Positions 1 through 14,869 are shown, numbered from the stretch's first letter. The stretch: DNA of 64,000 bases from Eledone cirrhosa (GCA_964016885.1 OZ024753.1:27838001-27902000); one strand, 5' to 3'. The notes: generated from the letters alone by a model not told the origin. Translations and numbers: made by a program.

Positions 1-445
1 AGCTCTTATGAGTCAATGGCCATCCAACATCAGCGGGAGAGATGACCCCTTAGCCTTTGTCAAGGCAGAATTCTAGGAGAAGGAAAACTCTGATATAACA
101 CCTGCAACCCTGATGGTATCCAATGATGTTGACTTGTTCTTCTTTTTGGTAAATATCATCTTGGTTAAGAGAGTGGGACTGGCTTTGTGCAGTGCCTTTG
201 CTCACTATAAAAGCTTCACGGCACAGGCATTGCTTTATATCTGCAGATCTCTCTGCACTTGTCGTCACATGGTACCATGGGCCCAGCACTGTGTCAATAA
301 TTGTCACAAGTGTAGTGTTTGTACCAGAGTTTTCAAGTCGCTGGCTGGACTAAAATGTCACACTCGTTCAGCGCATCGGTAAGGGTTCTCCTACATGGAT
401 ATAAAGTAGTGGCCGTACTCGAAAACGAGTTGGCAGCCACCATAT
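1..445 (+). mobile_element. Non-autonomous RTE-derived element (5'UTR-like part plus 3' end with C2H2-like finger)
   Basis: 1-113 matches 11430-11542; 275-445 matches the reverse complement of 11165-11325. Encodes CSVCTRVFKSLAGLKCHTRSAH, similar to the C-terminal C2H2 finger of RTE/BovB-type ORFs, and ends in a (ta)n tail. Confidence 0.55.
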
Positions 446-457
446 ATAAATATATAT

Positions 458-580
458 ATCAATATTATTAAGGCTAAACTGGCGAAACTCCAGAATAACA
501 ATACTCAATTTTTATCCTTAATAATATTGAATAACTCTCCTTTGGTATTGAGTACTCCTTTTTCTCAGCCATGAACCACA
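458..580 (+). repeat. Short inverted repeat plus tail; probable truncated Penelope pLTR remnant
   Basis: tcaatattattaagg ... ccttaataatattga inverted repeat, then tail containing gtattgagtactc; similar segment at about 53250-53305. Confidence 0.35.
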
Positions 581-812
581 TATACACATATATGTGTGTG
601 TGTGCAGGCTCATGGCTCGAGACGAGGAGTTATATCCCTTTAATGCTAGCTAAAACCAATATTCATATTTAGCAGTATCATGTTACCGACTCTGTTCAAT
701 ACTGTCTCATCCCCAGACAATTGTCACTAATTCATCTTTACCAAGACCTTTACGTAGCTGTAGTATGTGTTTTGTTGGTTCATATGGTTAAAAGATATTT
801 GTATATATTATA

Positions 813-916
813 TACAGGGTATCTGCCAAATATGTATACACACTTCAACAGCATTCTAATAAATATTGCCTGTACTGGTAATCAAAGTGTGTATACATTT
901 TTTGGGACACCCTGTA
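813..916. mobile_element. Tc1/mariner-type MITE (~100 bp)
   Basis: ta|cagggt...atgtatacacactt and aagtgtgtatacat...accctg|ta terminal inverted repeats with TA flanks. Confidence 0.65.
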
Positions 917-1715
917 GATACTGTTACTGCAAGTTGGAATTGCCAACAATAACAAGTGACCAGGCAGCCAACCATTCAATCTTAATAATACATCATATAT
1001 CATAATCATTATCCATGCTAGCATATATCTATATTTCCATTTGTAACTCTTTAAAATGTACACACACACACATAGAATGCATTTCCAAGTCATGTTGTTA
1101 CAATTAGTAGTTCACTTTCCTATCACAAGGTCCTGAGTTCTAACTCTACATTTCTCCCTGTAAATAGTTATTTCTCCAAAGTTACTCATACATTTAATCC
1201 TGTATGTCATTTGTGCATATATGCTGAACATTTATGTAATTATATCCTAGAAATATATTATTAAAATATCATCCTTATCTTTAATCACTTCCACATGTCA
1301 CTAATCAACATAAACCATAGGGTTACTTATACACATTTTCCTGTTTATGATTGTTCATATGTTGCAACAATCCTGGACTCAAAATTATATACGTTCAATG
1401 CTATTGCCATCATCATTGATGGCACTTGTCCACTTGTCCACTCGTCATTTAATAAACAAACAAATAAAGGAGGAGGATGGATCATTTAATGCATCTTTCC
1501 TAAAATTTACAAGGAAATCTAGTCTCTCTCTCTCCATCTATTGATATTCCCCCTCTATACACACACACGAGTAGGTCTGTGTGTATACCATGACTCATAC
1601 ACTGTTCACTTTCCTGATATATTCACTATCCTATGTACTATACATGCACCTTTGATGAGTTGTAGTGCACCTGAGCACTGTACACAATAATTTTCATTAT
1701 TATTATTAATAAACT

Positions 1716-2405
1716 CTACAGGCATGGAGGTGCCGTCAGCCGGGCATGTCCGAGATGCGCGCAGGGCGACGAAACCGTCCTGCACGCACTCGTCCAGTGT
1801 CCGAGCATTGCTGACTTGTGGGTTTATGTCGAACACCTGCTGTCACGTGTAGGACGGATCCGGCTATCAGCTGAGTCCATCGTGAGGATTGCCCCGCCCC
1901 CTTCCTTTAGCCTGGAAGGGCAGGCAGTTTTTATCTGTCTGGTGGCCATGGCGAAAGAGATAGTATGGTGGACACGTTTGAAAGGGCTGAAGATGAGCAC
2001 TTACCTCTTCGGTGATGCCCTGATTAACTTTTTCAAATTTCATTTGAAAAGGAAAATCAGGGTAGAGAGGGAAGTGCTCTCTTCCCAGCATTTTGTTGAA
2101 AGATGGGTGAGAGAAGCAAGTATGGCCCGAATGAATGGGCCTTCTCTGAGTATGTGTCTGTAAATTAAAGGTGGAAAACTGGGAGAGGGCACTTGCCCTG
2201 GTGGTCAGGGCCACTGTGGTCTTTTAATGGGCTTTCTCCACAAATGTCCCTTGGAAGTCTCCCCCCTATTGGGGAATTTTTCTTTGTTATTTTATTTCAA
2301 CCTCTGTTTTTTTACACGCAGAAATGCCCATTTGTACCGTCCTGTATTGTCCTGTACTGTCCTTAATGTCTACTTTATGTGAACCCTTGTGGTTAATAAA
2401 GAAAA

Positions 2406-2410
<5 letters not shown>
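1716..2410 (+). mobile_element. Tx1/L1-clade LINE 3' fragment
   Basis: Frame reads ACPRCAQGDETVLHALVQCPSIADLWVYVEHLL (zf-RVT type CxxC...ET..H...CP) to a stop at 2163; GC-rich; 3'UTR ends aataaa then (att)n; 3' end repeated at about 2475-2550. Confidence 0.75.
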
Positions 2411-2448
<38 letters not shown>

Positions 2449-2552
2449 TTGTTTTTTGTTATTTATACTTACTCGATCTCTATGTAAACCCCCACTGTCC
2501 CTGTCTATTGTGTTGTCCCCTATATGTCGGCCCTTGTGGCCAATAAATGAAA

Positions 2553-2592
<40 letters not shown>

Positions 2593-3517
2593 CTACTATT
2601 AATAAACGTTGGTGATGATTTCATCAAACAAAATACATTGAGTCAGTGATTCCCTTTTGTGCTGGTTATCATTGATGTTCTTGGTCCCTGGATCATTGTT
2701 TTGCTTTGCCATTTTGTTGCATAAGGTGAAGGGGGGGGGGGGGGGGGGGCAAAATATTCAAACGCTTAAGAGCCCAGTCATCATTTAATATGGCCCAAAA
2801 TCAAGTACAATAGAGTTATTGTACATTTAACTATTTTAATTCTTATTCTTAATATAATGCAAATTCAAATTAAGCTTTTCTCTGACTGCTTTCTTTATAA
2901 AAGTAAATATTATATTAGATAACTAAATGTATGATTATTTATGTATGTGTGTGTGTGTGTGCATGCATGTATGTATGTGTGTGTATATGTGCATGTATGT
3001 ATGCAGTATCCAAAGGTAACAGCACATATTGTACCTTCCCCATCAAAGTCTTGCACCTCTGATACAAATAAATTTATTAAGCGTGTTTGATACATTCTAC
3101 AGGCATTCAGATATGTATATTTCATTATATTTAGTTTACTTTGTATGTATACACTTAGGTTTTGTTTCAGTAATACACTTACTGCAGGAGACAGTAGCTG
3201 CAAATAGATGTTTAAGTGGAGTTTAATGTTTATATACAATCAATTTGTTTACAAAAACTCCCAATAATGTTACCGATGTGTCATTACAGATGGAAAATGA
3301 CGGAGAATGTTAACAATGAAAGGGAGATAATTCTAGTTGAAACTACAACTAAAAGATAATATATATATACACACATATGTACAAACACACACATACTCAC
3401 ACACATGCACACGCAGTGGAAACAACTTCTTGTTATCACTTGAGAATAAAGCCTTTCTGATAAAAATAACTGGCCAATAACATTGTGCAGAAGAAATTAC
3501 AATGCATACATACACAT

Positions 3518-3590
<73 letters not shown>

Positions 3591-3714
3591 ACAGATATAG
3601 AATAAAGAGGATGCTGATGAAGATAAGTATGTGTATCATTAAAATTATGGCTGCTTGGTTTTAACATTTTTAGTTAAATTTCCTGCAGTAACTTTGAAGT
3701 TTCAGCTTAATCGA

Positions 3715-3766
<52 letters not shown>

Positions 3767-4188
3767 AAGCATCTATCTATCTATCTATCAATCTATCTAT
3801 CTATCTATATGTGTGTGTGTGTGTGTGTGTGTATCAGTTTTAACATTTTTTTGTGAAATTCCTGCATAGTTTCTCATTCTTCCCTTTCATACCATATGGT
3901 TTGAACATTCAAATTCCTTTGGTCCATTGACCTTTCTAGAAACTTTCCCATCTTACCATCTTCTTACTGCTTCAATGAGATGAAACATTTCTAGTGCCAG
4001 CCCTGTTGTTATTGCCAATTACATTCAGTTAATGATATAGAAACAGGTTAAACACTGCAGTTACATCTATCTTTGAAGATTTATCATCAAAACACATATG
4101 TTTTCATCTGAGTTAACATGAGGATTTACACAGTAGACAAACACGAAAATGGTTAGATTGTAGTTGGTGGCATCTGTTTATTACTCAG

Positions 4189-4256
4189 GTGTGATCAGGA
4201 CTGGTACTACCATTAAGGCCAACTTGACAGATGCCAAATATACAAACTTCAAAGAG
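4189..4256 (+). CDS. Possible small internal exon of an unidentified host gene
   Basis: ttattactcag| ... aaagag|gtgtat; open frame (G)VIRTGTTIKANLTDAKYTNFKE; weak donor site. Confidence 0.2.
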
Positions 4257-4305
4257 GTGTATTACTGGACTATATTGATTTATAGTTTTATATAAATTTA
4301 TATAA

Positions 4306-4534
4306 TTAACCCTTTAGAATTTAAACCAGCAATATCTCGCCAGAATTCACTCACCTCTTTCTGTTCAAACTTGTCCTAACTGGTTGCTCATACTTATGTT
4401 AAGATATTGATCTCAAAATAAATGACATCAAAATCTTGTAGATTTGATATTATGCAAGATAATTAGGCAAGATAAAGCCTTTACCGTGAAAATATAATAA
4501 TATGTGTAGAGTAATGTAAGTGCTAAAGGGTTAA
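4306..4534 (-). mobile_element. piggyBac-type MITE
   Basis: ttaa|ccctttag ... ctaaaggg|ttaa; reverse copy of 15881-16114. Confidence 0.8.
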
Positions 4535-5249
4535 ACTAAATATATAATTTCTGGTAGTCAATAAATAAATAACTAAACATCTTAACATTGTTGTAGAAAT
4601 ATCGCAAGCAGTGGAGTGGATTGTATGGTTTATAAACTGTAACATGTTATAGTATGGTTGTATTGACTGTGTAGTGGATATTGCGAGCTTAGTAATTTTC
4701 TTAATGTGGTCAGAGCAAGAATTGTCATAATCTAGGTTTGTCAGCTTGTTTGTCAGCTTGTCAAACTGTAAGTTAAAATTATATATATATATATATATAT
4801 ATAACTGCTCTGTAAATCATCTGATGTTTTTACATTGAGCTACTTAACTTACTGGTAATAAGGTAGTAATACATTACTGCCTACCACTATTTAGGGTGTG
4901 TGTAAAATACTTATAACTGCATAAGGTTTTGTATTTACATAACCATAGATAGTATAACTAATACTATATATATATATATATATATAAGGGATAACAAAAT
5001 ATCATTATAGGTAATCCGTACGCTAAAACTATCCATAATCGTATTATGGATAGTTTTAGCATACAGCGTTGTTTGACTCAACAAGGGGTTTACGATATAT
5101 ATATATATCATCATCATCATCATTACAGTTTTACATCCATTTTTCCACACTAGCATGGGTTATATGAGTTGTCCTGTTGTGGGCAATGCTAGGTCAGATG
5201 ACCATGTCTTGCTCATACAGGACTGATTTTGGCTTGGTTTCTACCAAGC

Positions 5250-5600
5250 TAAAAGTGAGAGACCCTTAGTCATTGTTAGGACATCATTTTAGGAGAAGGA
5301 ATACTCTGATGTCAAACCTGCAACTTGATGGCAGCCAATGATGTTGACATGTTCTTTTTGGACAATGTCAGCATTGTTCAGAGAGTGAGATTGGTCCAGT
5401 GCAAGGCCATTCTACACTTAAAAAAGCTTCAAGCACTGGAATCGCATGATCTAAACACCTTTCACATGTGTTGCATGAGCATGCCCGTTTCCTTTTTCTT
5501 TTGCTGCAGAAAGAAATCTAAGTTCTTGATGGGACTACCCCATGAATGAGAAAAGGGTCAAGGGATGGCAATTCTCGAAACCGAGATTCAGCCATTATGC
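5250..5600 (+). mobile_element. Diverged copy of the RTE-derived element at 1-445
   Basis: gacccttag...taggagaaggaatactctgat...gccaatgatgttgac...ttctttttgg aligns by eye with 43-240. Confidence 0.5.
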
Positions 5601-5655
5601 ATACACACACAGACACAGACACACACACACACACACACATACACACACACACACC

Positions 5656-5721
<66 letters not shown>

Positions 5722-8400
5722 TGTGTGTATATATATATATATATTCCAAAATTACAATAGCTTCTGTAGCCAAGATTGTAAGGAATGTAATTTTGGTTAA
5801 GGAAAACTACTTCTCTCAATTTCATCTATTTTTAAAAATAAGTACTTTTCTTTTCTTTTTCTTCTCTTTTGTTTATGGTTTCACTGTGTTGAATTCTTGT
5901 GTATGATTATAACTAGTAATTGGTGACGTTCTACAGTTATGCAAAGACCAACATTTTCTTTTTCTAAATTTACTCCAAGTGTTGTTCTGCATGAATGACA
6001 TAACAACACAGTGTTTTGTAACTTCCTGTGCCTAGAACATTGTCAGTAATCAACAGCAATAAATAACATAACAAGATGTGGTCATTGGTTATGGATTTTG
6101 GGTAGCTACTGAAAGCCAATGATGAATGTTTGAAGAAGAAATTAAATAAGATGGTTGGGTCACGTGTTGACAAACGATGAAAGTGACTACATGAGAGGAG
6201 TGTTGGAAAGGAATATGGAAGGGAGTGGAGGAAGATGAAGAACAAGAAAGACATGGCTATGGATGATAGAGGAAAAAATAAAAACCATGGAGTTAGTGGT
6301 GAGCTATGCAAATGTGGCGAGATGAGAAATATGGCAAAGGGGAGAAATATGTCATTATGCCAGCAAACCTAACTCCTGGTTTAGCAAGGGAATTGCCTTA
6401 CAATGTTTGTGTTGTTATGGATTGCATTAGATAAAATTAATGGTGAGATAAAATGTTCGTAGTTAACAAGAAATATGTCATGTATAAAGGATTCAGAAAG
6501 AATTTCATGAACAATAAACTCAGCCAAAACTATTATTTAGTTCACAGTACTGATATATTAACCCTTTTGATACCAACTTTGTCAAAACCAGCCCTTGTTC
6601 TATAAAATAAAACCACACATTTTAAAAGATTTTTATTTAAATTAAAACTCCACACCATAATTGTATATAGAAACCTTTGTTATATTATGTTACAAATACT
6701 ATCTTAACGCTTTCGTATTTACATTACTCTATATATACTACTGTATTTTCACAGAAAAGGGTTTACCTCACATAATTATCTCACATAATATTGAATATAT
6801 GAGATTTTGATATTTATTTTGAGAACACTACCTTAACATCAGTATGAGCAGCCAGTAATGACCAGTTTGAACAGAAAGGATTGAAAGAAGTCTGGCCAAA
6901 TATGGCCGGTTTAAATGCTAACCTGTACCACATGAAACTGAATTAGAAAGTCATTCTTGAAAGGTACAAAACAGCACTATGACTGCATCACATCAAAAAT
7001 TAAAGTTTTTACTCTAATACTACAAATTTTCACAATGGTTTTCATGGGATACTATAAACATTTGAATTAATAAACCTGTTTTTAGATATTTTCTGTTACA
7101 TCATGGCAGGATGTTAAGAATTAAAATATCACACTCAATTTATGTGGTTTTAGCAGAAAGATGGTAGCACAGGCAAACATATGCTATTGCTTTTATCAAG
7201 ATCTAAACACTGACTAACCAACCAACTAAAAATAGTTCCAAATTCACAGAAGGTAACAAAATGAACCAAAGTATCTTACTCAGTCACAGTTAGTCTGACA
7301 TGAGAATGGCTTTAAAAGAGGATACGATATAAATATATTATATGTTCATATATATATGAATGAGTCAGGAACCCAACGGCTGAGCTCCTGTCATTTCAGC
7401 AGCTATATATATATAAGCTTAAGTAAATATATATAAATATAAGCTTAAGTAAATATATTTGTGCTTGTACATATATGGATGAATGTATGTCTGAATGTAA
7501 ATATATGAATATATATGCGCATGCATATATGTGTGTGTGTGTGGTAGATACATGCGGGCGTATATATATGAGTGTGTGCATGTATAGATATAGATATATA
7601 TGAGAGAGAGAGGGGAAGAGTTGAAAACAGTTGTTTACAGGCAGTCTCTGGGTTTAATTTTGATTTTTCAATTTCCCATTCACTTTGCCCTATCTTCCAT
7701 GATAAGTTTGGGTACAAAGTAACCCTTTTATGTAATTCTGTCAGGACTCATATATATATATATGAATCTATACTTATCGAGAGAGTTCCCTGCATGTATA
7801 GTTCATCTCTGAAACAGAACTTTTATGGTTTAATTTTCTGTTTTGTAGTTCATTTCTGCATTTAAGCACCCAGCACACACAATAAATGTGGTTGGCATTA
7901 CGAAGGGCATCCAGCCATAGAAACCTAGCCAGAAACAGTTCTATATAAGTAAGACATAGTCTTCTGACCCAACTTGCTTCTAATTGGACAACCTGTCTAA
8001 TCTATACTAGCATGGAAAATGGACGTTAAACGGCGATGATGATGATGATGATTGACCATTTTTAATTTTTACTCAGAACCATTTTTCAAATAGTTACAGA
8101 TGCTCATAGTTGGCAGGGTGTTCATGACTTTATTTGAGTGGGTATTGTGTGTTTGTGTGTTTGTCTGTCTGTTTGTGTATGCACACATGTGTGTGTGTCT
8201 GTTTATGTGTGTATAAGAAGAATTTTTATCATTTTACATCTACTTTTCCATTCTGGCATGGGTTGATATAATTAGACAGATGTGTGCTTTATTTTACTAT
8301 TATGCATGCCTAACTGGAAGCTCCAGGTAGGAACATTTCCTAATATATATATATAGTAACTTCCCCTCTTCATCCCTCTCTGCTGGAACTTTCTTGTCAG

Positions 8401-8537
8401 GCAATAAGAAGTTCCAGTTTTATCTCCATAAAGACCACACACCACACACGAAATATCGTTTAATATACCTGACATACAAAAAGCACTTTCCTGATGTGTG
8501 GAAGAATGTGGATGTATTTGTGCATGCCTTTGACTGT
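8401..8537 (+). CDS. Candidate internal coding exon (137 bp), unidentified host protein
   Basis: Long polypyrimidine tract ending ttcttgtcag|, donor |gtgagt; open frame NKKFQFYLHKDHTPHTKYRLIYLTYKKHFPDVWKNVDVFVHAFDC (phase 1 to 0); non-repetitive sequence. Confidence 0.5.
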
Positions 8538-8570
8538 GTGAGTATGTTTATATAAATATATCTCATAGTT

Positions 8571-8619
<49 letters not shown>

Positions 8620-8668
8620 TGGATGTGTATGTATATATATATATACACATCCACTCCCTCTCTCTCTC

Positions 8669-8707
<39 letters not shown>

Positions 8708-9639
8708 GTGTGTTTGGCATAGTTGAATGAATAGGGTAAGGGATAGAAAGATGCAAGGACAGCAAAGAGGTATGAGTGGGAATTATATGGTGACTTGCTA
8801 GGAATATGTTGGGTGAGACCCAAAGATAGAGATATCATACATTCCAGCCTCCATCAGTACCACCAGTAATGCACTGGGTAATTGCTGGCCTTGTGCCTAA
8901 AGTAGAAACAATTATTTTAGCATTCAATTTGCTATGATTATATGTGAGGATGGGCTATTTGCAGCACCAATCATTGTAATCCATTGTTGTCTTGTCTGTG
9001 AGGTTCAACATCACATCTTAAGATCAGTCTTCAGAACATTCTGAGAGGGCACTCCTTCACAAGAACGTTTTTTTTACAAACTCTATTTTCTAAATCTGCA
9101 GGTGAACCATTGAAAAATAGGAGGGAAGTGCCATCCAGTGCTCTCCCTTGGTGACATGCTTGCCACTTCATGCTATGTTGTTCCATCCTATTTGTGCACT
9201 TGGCACATTTTTATGTAAATAACATCCTTCATACACATCACATATCTGTTCTAATGTAGTTTTATCTTTTACCCAACTACATTTGATTCCTTTTATATCC
9301 AGTTTTTTTTTCTCTTAGCTCATTTGTACTCTACTATTCAAGCACATAAATATTAACCATCCAGCGAAGCATGCTTACTTCATTTCTCTCTAGTCTTCAC
9401 AAATCCTTCGTATTCAATGCAATATATCTATTGTATATGTGCCCCTCCTTTTCTCTGTCTTTCTCTCAATGTATGTGTACATATGCACATACCTACAGAC
9501 ATTGTTCAATGTTTGTAAAAATAAATGGAAAAGTACTCAATAGATAAAAGAGAGTGTGTATATTTTAATATAATATTAGAATGGAATGTAAATATAATCA
9601 TCATCACTGTCATCATATTTACTTCAGCCTTTCCATGCT

Positions 9640-9727
<88 letters not shown>

Positions 9728-9777
9728 AACCCCTTGCTAGCAGGGAAAATAGGCACTAAACGATGATGATATATGTG

Positions 9778-9831
<54 letters not shown>

Positions 9832-10157
9832 GTTACATATACATACACACACATTTACATATACATACACAATTACATATACATACACACACATATATAT
9901 GCTCACATTATATAAATACATTTACATAGTTATAAAAACATGCATACATATCGTGTCTGTGTGTATTAAGGGATATTTTGAAATTAAGGATATAAATATC
10001 CCCAAATAGATTGGAACAAACAAAAACAATAAAAACCAAAACCAAAATCAAAAGAGGAGAGACATACAAAAGAGAATTCAATAATAATACGAAGAAAAAG
10101 AAGGGTGGGGATGGAAATCAAAGAAGTGGTTGTATAGCTATGGTTAACAGCAGATTG

Positions 10158-10193
<36 letters not shown>

Positions 10194-10366
10194 TGTTTGT
10201 ATGTGTGTGTGTGTGTGTGTATGGACACATGGACAATTCTGTTGTGTTTGGTCGTTGGCGGCAGCAGCCACAGGGAGAAGAACTTCCAGCTGGTTGAAGA
10301 CTTAATTGAATCCAGCTTTAGAATCTTGATGTTTGGCAGACATATAAAAACCACTGGAAATCATCC

Positions 10367-10512
<146 letters not shown>

Positions 10513-11164
10513 TGAGAGAAACATATGTGTGTGTATATATACATTTATATATATATATATATACTTCCATATATATATATCATGATCATTGTTTTCCATG
10601 CTGACAAGGGTTCGATAGGACTTTCTGAGGCAATATTTTACACCCAGATACACTTCCTGATACCAATCCTTTTAGTCACTTATGATATGCAGGGATTCAG
10701 GACCCAATTCGAAATTGGGTACACACAGCAATAAATATATATGTATATGCATATGTATAGGTCTATGAGCACACATACACATATGTATGTGTATATGTCT
10801 ATGAATTCATCTTGTTTCCTTCTGGTCTTCGCTGTGTTCTAAACACGTTCCTTTATAAATGTAATCTATTTTGGAAATTTTGCTTCCTTTTCGTTGCTTA
10901 TTCTGGTTTTACACCAATATATATATATAATGTATACACACACATATGCTGTTATATATATATACACATTTTTCATTATATATACGAGTATATATATATA
11001 TAGACTGAAAAATGTGTATGTGTAAAGGAATGTAAAGTAGATTTTACTTTTACATCTGCTTTTCCATATTTGCATGGGTTGGACGGGTCCTTCTCAGCAT
11101 ATATGTATATACATAGGCATATATGTACATATATATATATATATATGGTGGCTGCCAATATATA

Positions 11165-11542
11165 TATATATATGGTGGCTGCCAACTCGTTTTCGAGTAC
11201 GGCCACTACTTTATATCCATGCGCTGAACGAGTGTGACTTTTTAGTCCAGCCAGCGACTTGAAAACTCTGGTACAAACACTACACCTGTGACAATTATTG
11301 ACACATAGTGCTGGGCCCATGGTCGGGTTGTTGGCGACTAAACTGGCAACCCCACCAAGGTTTCTTGGTGAGGAGGGTGACTTTGGACATCCTGCAGGAT
11401 GAAAAACAAAACCTGTCAAAGGGCAAAGGAGCTCTTAAGAGTCAATGGCCATCCAAAATCACTGGGAGAGATGACCCCTTAGCCTTTGTCAAGGCAGAAT
11501 TCTAGGAGAAGGAAAACTCTGATATAACACCTGCAACCCTGA
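11165..11542. mobile_element. Rearranged copy of the RTE-derived element (3' part inverted relative to 5' part)
   Basis: 11165-11325 is the reverse complement of 275-445; 11430-11542 matches 1-113 in the forward direction. Confidence 0.6.
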
Positions 11543-12329
11543 TATATATATATATATACATACATATACATACACATATATATATATATACACATACATA
11601 CATATATGCATACATATATATACACATACATATATATATATGTTAATCATAATGTTAATAAGTGTTACTCGATCGTTAATAAAAGAGACATTATTGATAA
11701 TAAGAGACACTATTGATAATAAAAGACACTATCATCAATAAGTATCATACTATTGTTAACAAGAAAGACTATTATTAATAAGAGGAACAATCCTCCGACT
11801 TTGTGACCTTGCAATAAGGTTTCAAAGCCAATTAAGCCAATTTCACTTCACTAACCATATAGCTATTTAGATCTATCGATTTCTCTATTATAAATAAAGA
11901 AATGAATAATAAAACAAACATGTAAACCTTGAGAGTAATTAACAGCATTGGTTACATAATTATATTTATTAATACTTAGTTATAATAATAATCTAACTTT
12001 AATAACAGACCTGTACAGTATCATCAGCTGAAGTCATCCTGGTTAATAAATTATTTAACAAACAGAACAAAAAAAGTTTTGATTGGCTGAATTGTTAGAT
12101 TGTCGGGCAAAATGTTTTACTGCATTTAGTTATGACTCTTTAAATTCTGACTTTGAATCTTCCAAAGGTTAACTTTATATTTCATCCTTCTGGGGTTGAT
12201 AAAATAAAGTGCCAACAAAGTAATGGGGTTGGTAGGATTGTTAATGAGTGAGATGCAATGTTTTGTGCCATCTGATCTGGTTCTGTGCTTTCTTAGTTCA
12301 AATCCCAACTCCTTTTAATCAGCAACTCC

Positions 12330-13108
12330 TGGGAGAACTGACAGAAAATCAAGGTAAGAAAGCATTCAATAAAGAACAAGCATAGAAGGAAAAGGCTCTT
12401 CATGTTAAATTTCCAGCTGCCATGAAAGACATTGCTGATCCCAGGTCTTATTTTTTGGCTGAGGTCAGATTGGGCTAAAAGACCACGCACAAGACCAAGC
12501 ACTCAGAACCAATTGAGTAAAACCTATCTTTGATGGGCAAAATTGCTCCCTACATTACAGAATATGCCATAAAGCAAACGAATTTATGGCACTAATTACT
12601 AGTGGGTGTGACAAATTACCAAAAGGACATCACAAAATCCATCATGATCTTATAGCAAAAGAAGTCCATTGGTAGCTGTGCAAAAAATACATCAAATGCA
12701 AAGTCAACTGTACAAACATACTCTGATTGAATCTTGCCTATCAGGTGAAGGAGTGGAGATATTTTGGAAACTCAAAATCAAGAAACAAAGTCTAAAACAA
12801 CCTCCCTGATTTTATAAAAACAAACAACCCCCAGAAATGGACTCTAATTAGTATAGTGGTCCCTCAAGACTACAATGTTGTTGAAAAGGAAATGAAAAAG
12901 ATCAATAAATATACAGACCCTGTCGACGCTATTAGAACTGGGCACCATGTAGAGGTAGAAGTCATGCCAATCATCATTGGGGTGTTAGGCACGGTACTTA
13001 AACACATCTTTCATCAAAAGCAATGGGATCTCTGACTTCATAGGCAATGTCCAAATTTCTATCATCACTAGCACTGCCAGAATCCTGTGTGATATATTGA
13101 GCCTCTGA
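12330..13108 (+). pseudogene. R4/Dong-clade non-LTR retrotransposon 3' relic (CCHC finger and restriction-like endonuclease)
   Basis: Degenerate frames: RICHKANEFMALITSGCDKL...HHD; WTLISIVVPQDYNVVEKEMKKINKY; VEVMPIIIGVLGTV. Confidence 0.7.
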
Positions 13109-13184
13109 AATCAGGAACTGATCTGAGGTCAATTAAAGCTTCACCTGGCAACTGATTGTTATAGAAACCTTACATTATTACTGA

Positions 13185-13670
13185 CAGTATCGATAGAGTG
13201 TCGGACACTATGCTTTGCAGCATAGAGTTTATGGGCCTTTACATTCTGTGTTCAAATCTTGCTGGCGTTAGCTTTGCCTTTCATCCTTACGGGGTCGATA
13301 AAATAAAGCACCAGTAATGCACTGGGGTTGATTTAATTGACTTTCCCCTCCCACCAAAATTGCTGACCTTGTGCCTAGAGTAGAAATCATTATTATAATT
13401 ATTGTGGATTGGCAGTATCGGTAGAGGGTTAGACGGCATGCTTTGCAGCAAAGAGTTACGGCCCTTTATGGTCTGAGTTCAAATTCCGCCGAGGTTAACT
13501 TTGCCTTTCATCCTTATGGGGTCGATAAAATAAAGTACCAGTAATACACTGTTGTGCCAAAAGTAGACACAATTATTATTATTATTATTATTATGCACTG
13601 GGGTCGATTTAATCGACTTTCCCCTCCCCCAAAATTGCTGGCCTTGTGGCTATATAAGAAACCATTATTA
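13185..13670 (+). mobile_element. Two tandem tRNA-derived SINEs with a MetaSINE-like central domain
   Basis: tggcagtatcggtag (A box), gagttcaaattcc (B box), gcctttcatcctta(c/t)ggggtcgataaaataaagtaccag, (att)n tails. Confidence 0.75.
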
Positions 13671-13747
13671 TTATTATTATTACTGGTAGTAGTAGTAGTA
13701 GTAGTAGTAGAAGCAGCAGTAGTAGCAGTAACAGCAGCAGTAGTAGC

Positions 13748-13800
<53 letters not shown>

Positions 13801-13822
13801 AAGCAGCAGCAGCAGTAGTAGT
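13668..13822. repeat. (ATT)n/(AGT)n/(AGC)n trinucleotide tract
   Basis: Direct reading. Confidence 0.95.
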
Positions 13823-14249
13823 CTATGGGAGATCCTAAACGTAAAACAATAAAAATGTTGAAAAAACAAAAGCACAAATAAACAAGTTGTTTGTTTGTCC
13901 ATCAAGAGACAAGTGGTAACACAATATTTTCTCGAGCAGGTAATCTTCAAATTAGTTTACATATATGGATTGAAACAACAGCAGCAGCAGCAGTTATGAG
14001 TCTTAATGAAGAGACTACATAAGAGTTTGATCACGTGGAGCAATATCACTTAATGCCACGTTTCGGTCAAATCATTCCTAGATTTTCAGAAATTACCATT
14101 AATCCAAAAATCAATTTCTCCCAGCTTATAAAGCTTTCTATGCCTTCCCCCAACTAACCCCCACCATACTCTTCACACACAACTACCAGCACACACACAC
14201 AACCACCAGCACACATACACACACATTTTCCCATGGTAGGCTTTTACTG

Positions 14250-14650
14250 CTCTCTCTCTCTCTCTTCCTCTCTCTCGCTCTCTCTCTTGCTCTCTCTCTT
14301 TCTCTCTCTCTCGCTCTCTCTCTTTCTCTCTCTCTTCCTCTCTCTCGCTCTCGCTCTTCCTCTCTCTCGCTCTCTCTCTTTCTCTCTTATGCTCTCTCTC
14401 TTCCTCTCTCTCACTCTCTCTCTCTTTCTCTATTTCTGACTACTTCTTTCTCTATCACTATCTTTCACGATCTTTCTTTGCCATTCTCTCTCTGTCTCTC
14501 CTTACTTCTCTCTCTCTTTCTGTCCCTCTCTATTTCTCTCTCTCTCTGTGTCCCTCTCTCTTCCCCCCTCTCTCTCTCTCAGCCTCTCTCATTCTCTCAC
14601 TCTCTTTCTGCCCCCCCCCCCTCTCAGCACCTCCCCCCTCTCCCCTTCTT
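14250..14650. repeat. (CT)n-rich polypyrimidine tract
   Basis: Direct reading. Confidence 0.95.
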
Positions 14651-14753
14651 TGTTTGGTTGTTTAAAGAATCTAACTATCATTTTGTTCATGTTGACATTT
14701 TGATTCTTAGATATTGTTTCTGACATTAATAACAACAACAACAACAACAATTA

Positions 14754-14803
<50 letters not shown>

Positions 14804-14869
14804 GTAATAATGATAATGATGACAATGAGAACAATGAGACAGTGATGACAACACTGTGACGGTGATGAT

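Noticed and set aside
113-382. Host C2H2 zinc-finger gene
   Set aside because: Single finger inside a dispersed repeat also found at 11165 and partly at 5250; fits an RTE 3' end.
7153-7252. Exon linking 4256 to 8401
   Set aside because: Has a plausible donor but an in-frame TAA; no open phase-compatible frame.
11975-12035. Minus-strand CTGATGA hammerhead candidate
   Set aside because: TAAA instead of GAAA and poorly paired stems; the CTGATGA at 3614 and 17852 fail similarly.
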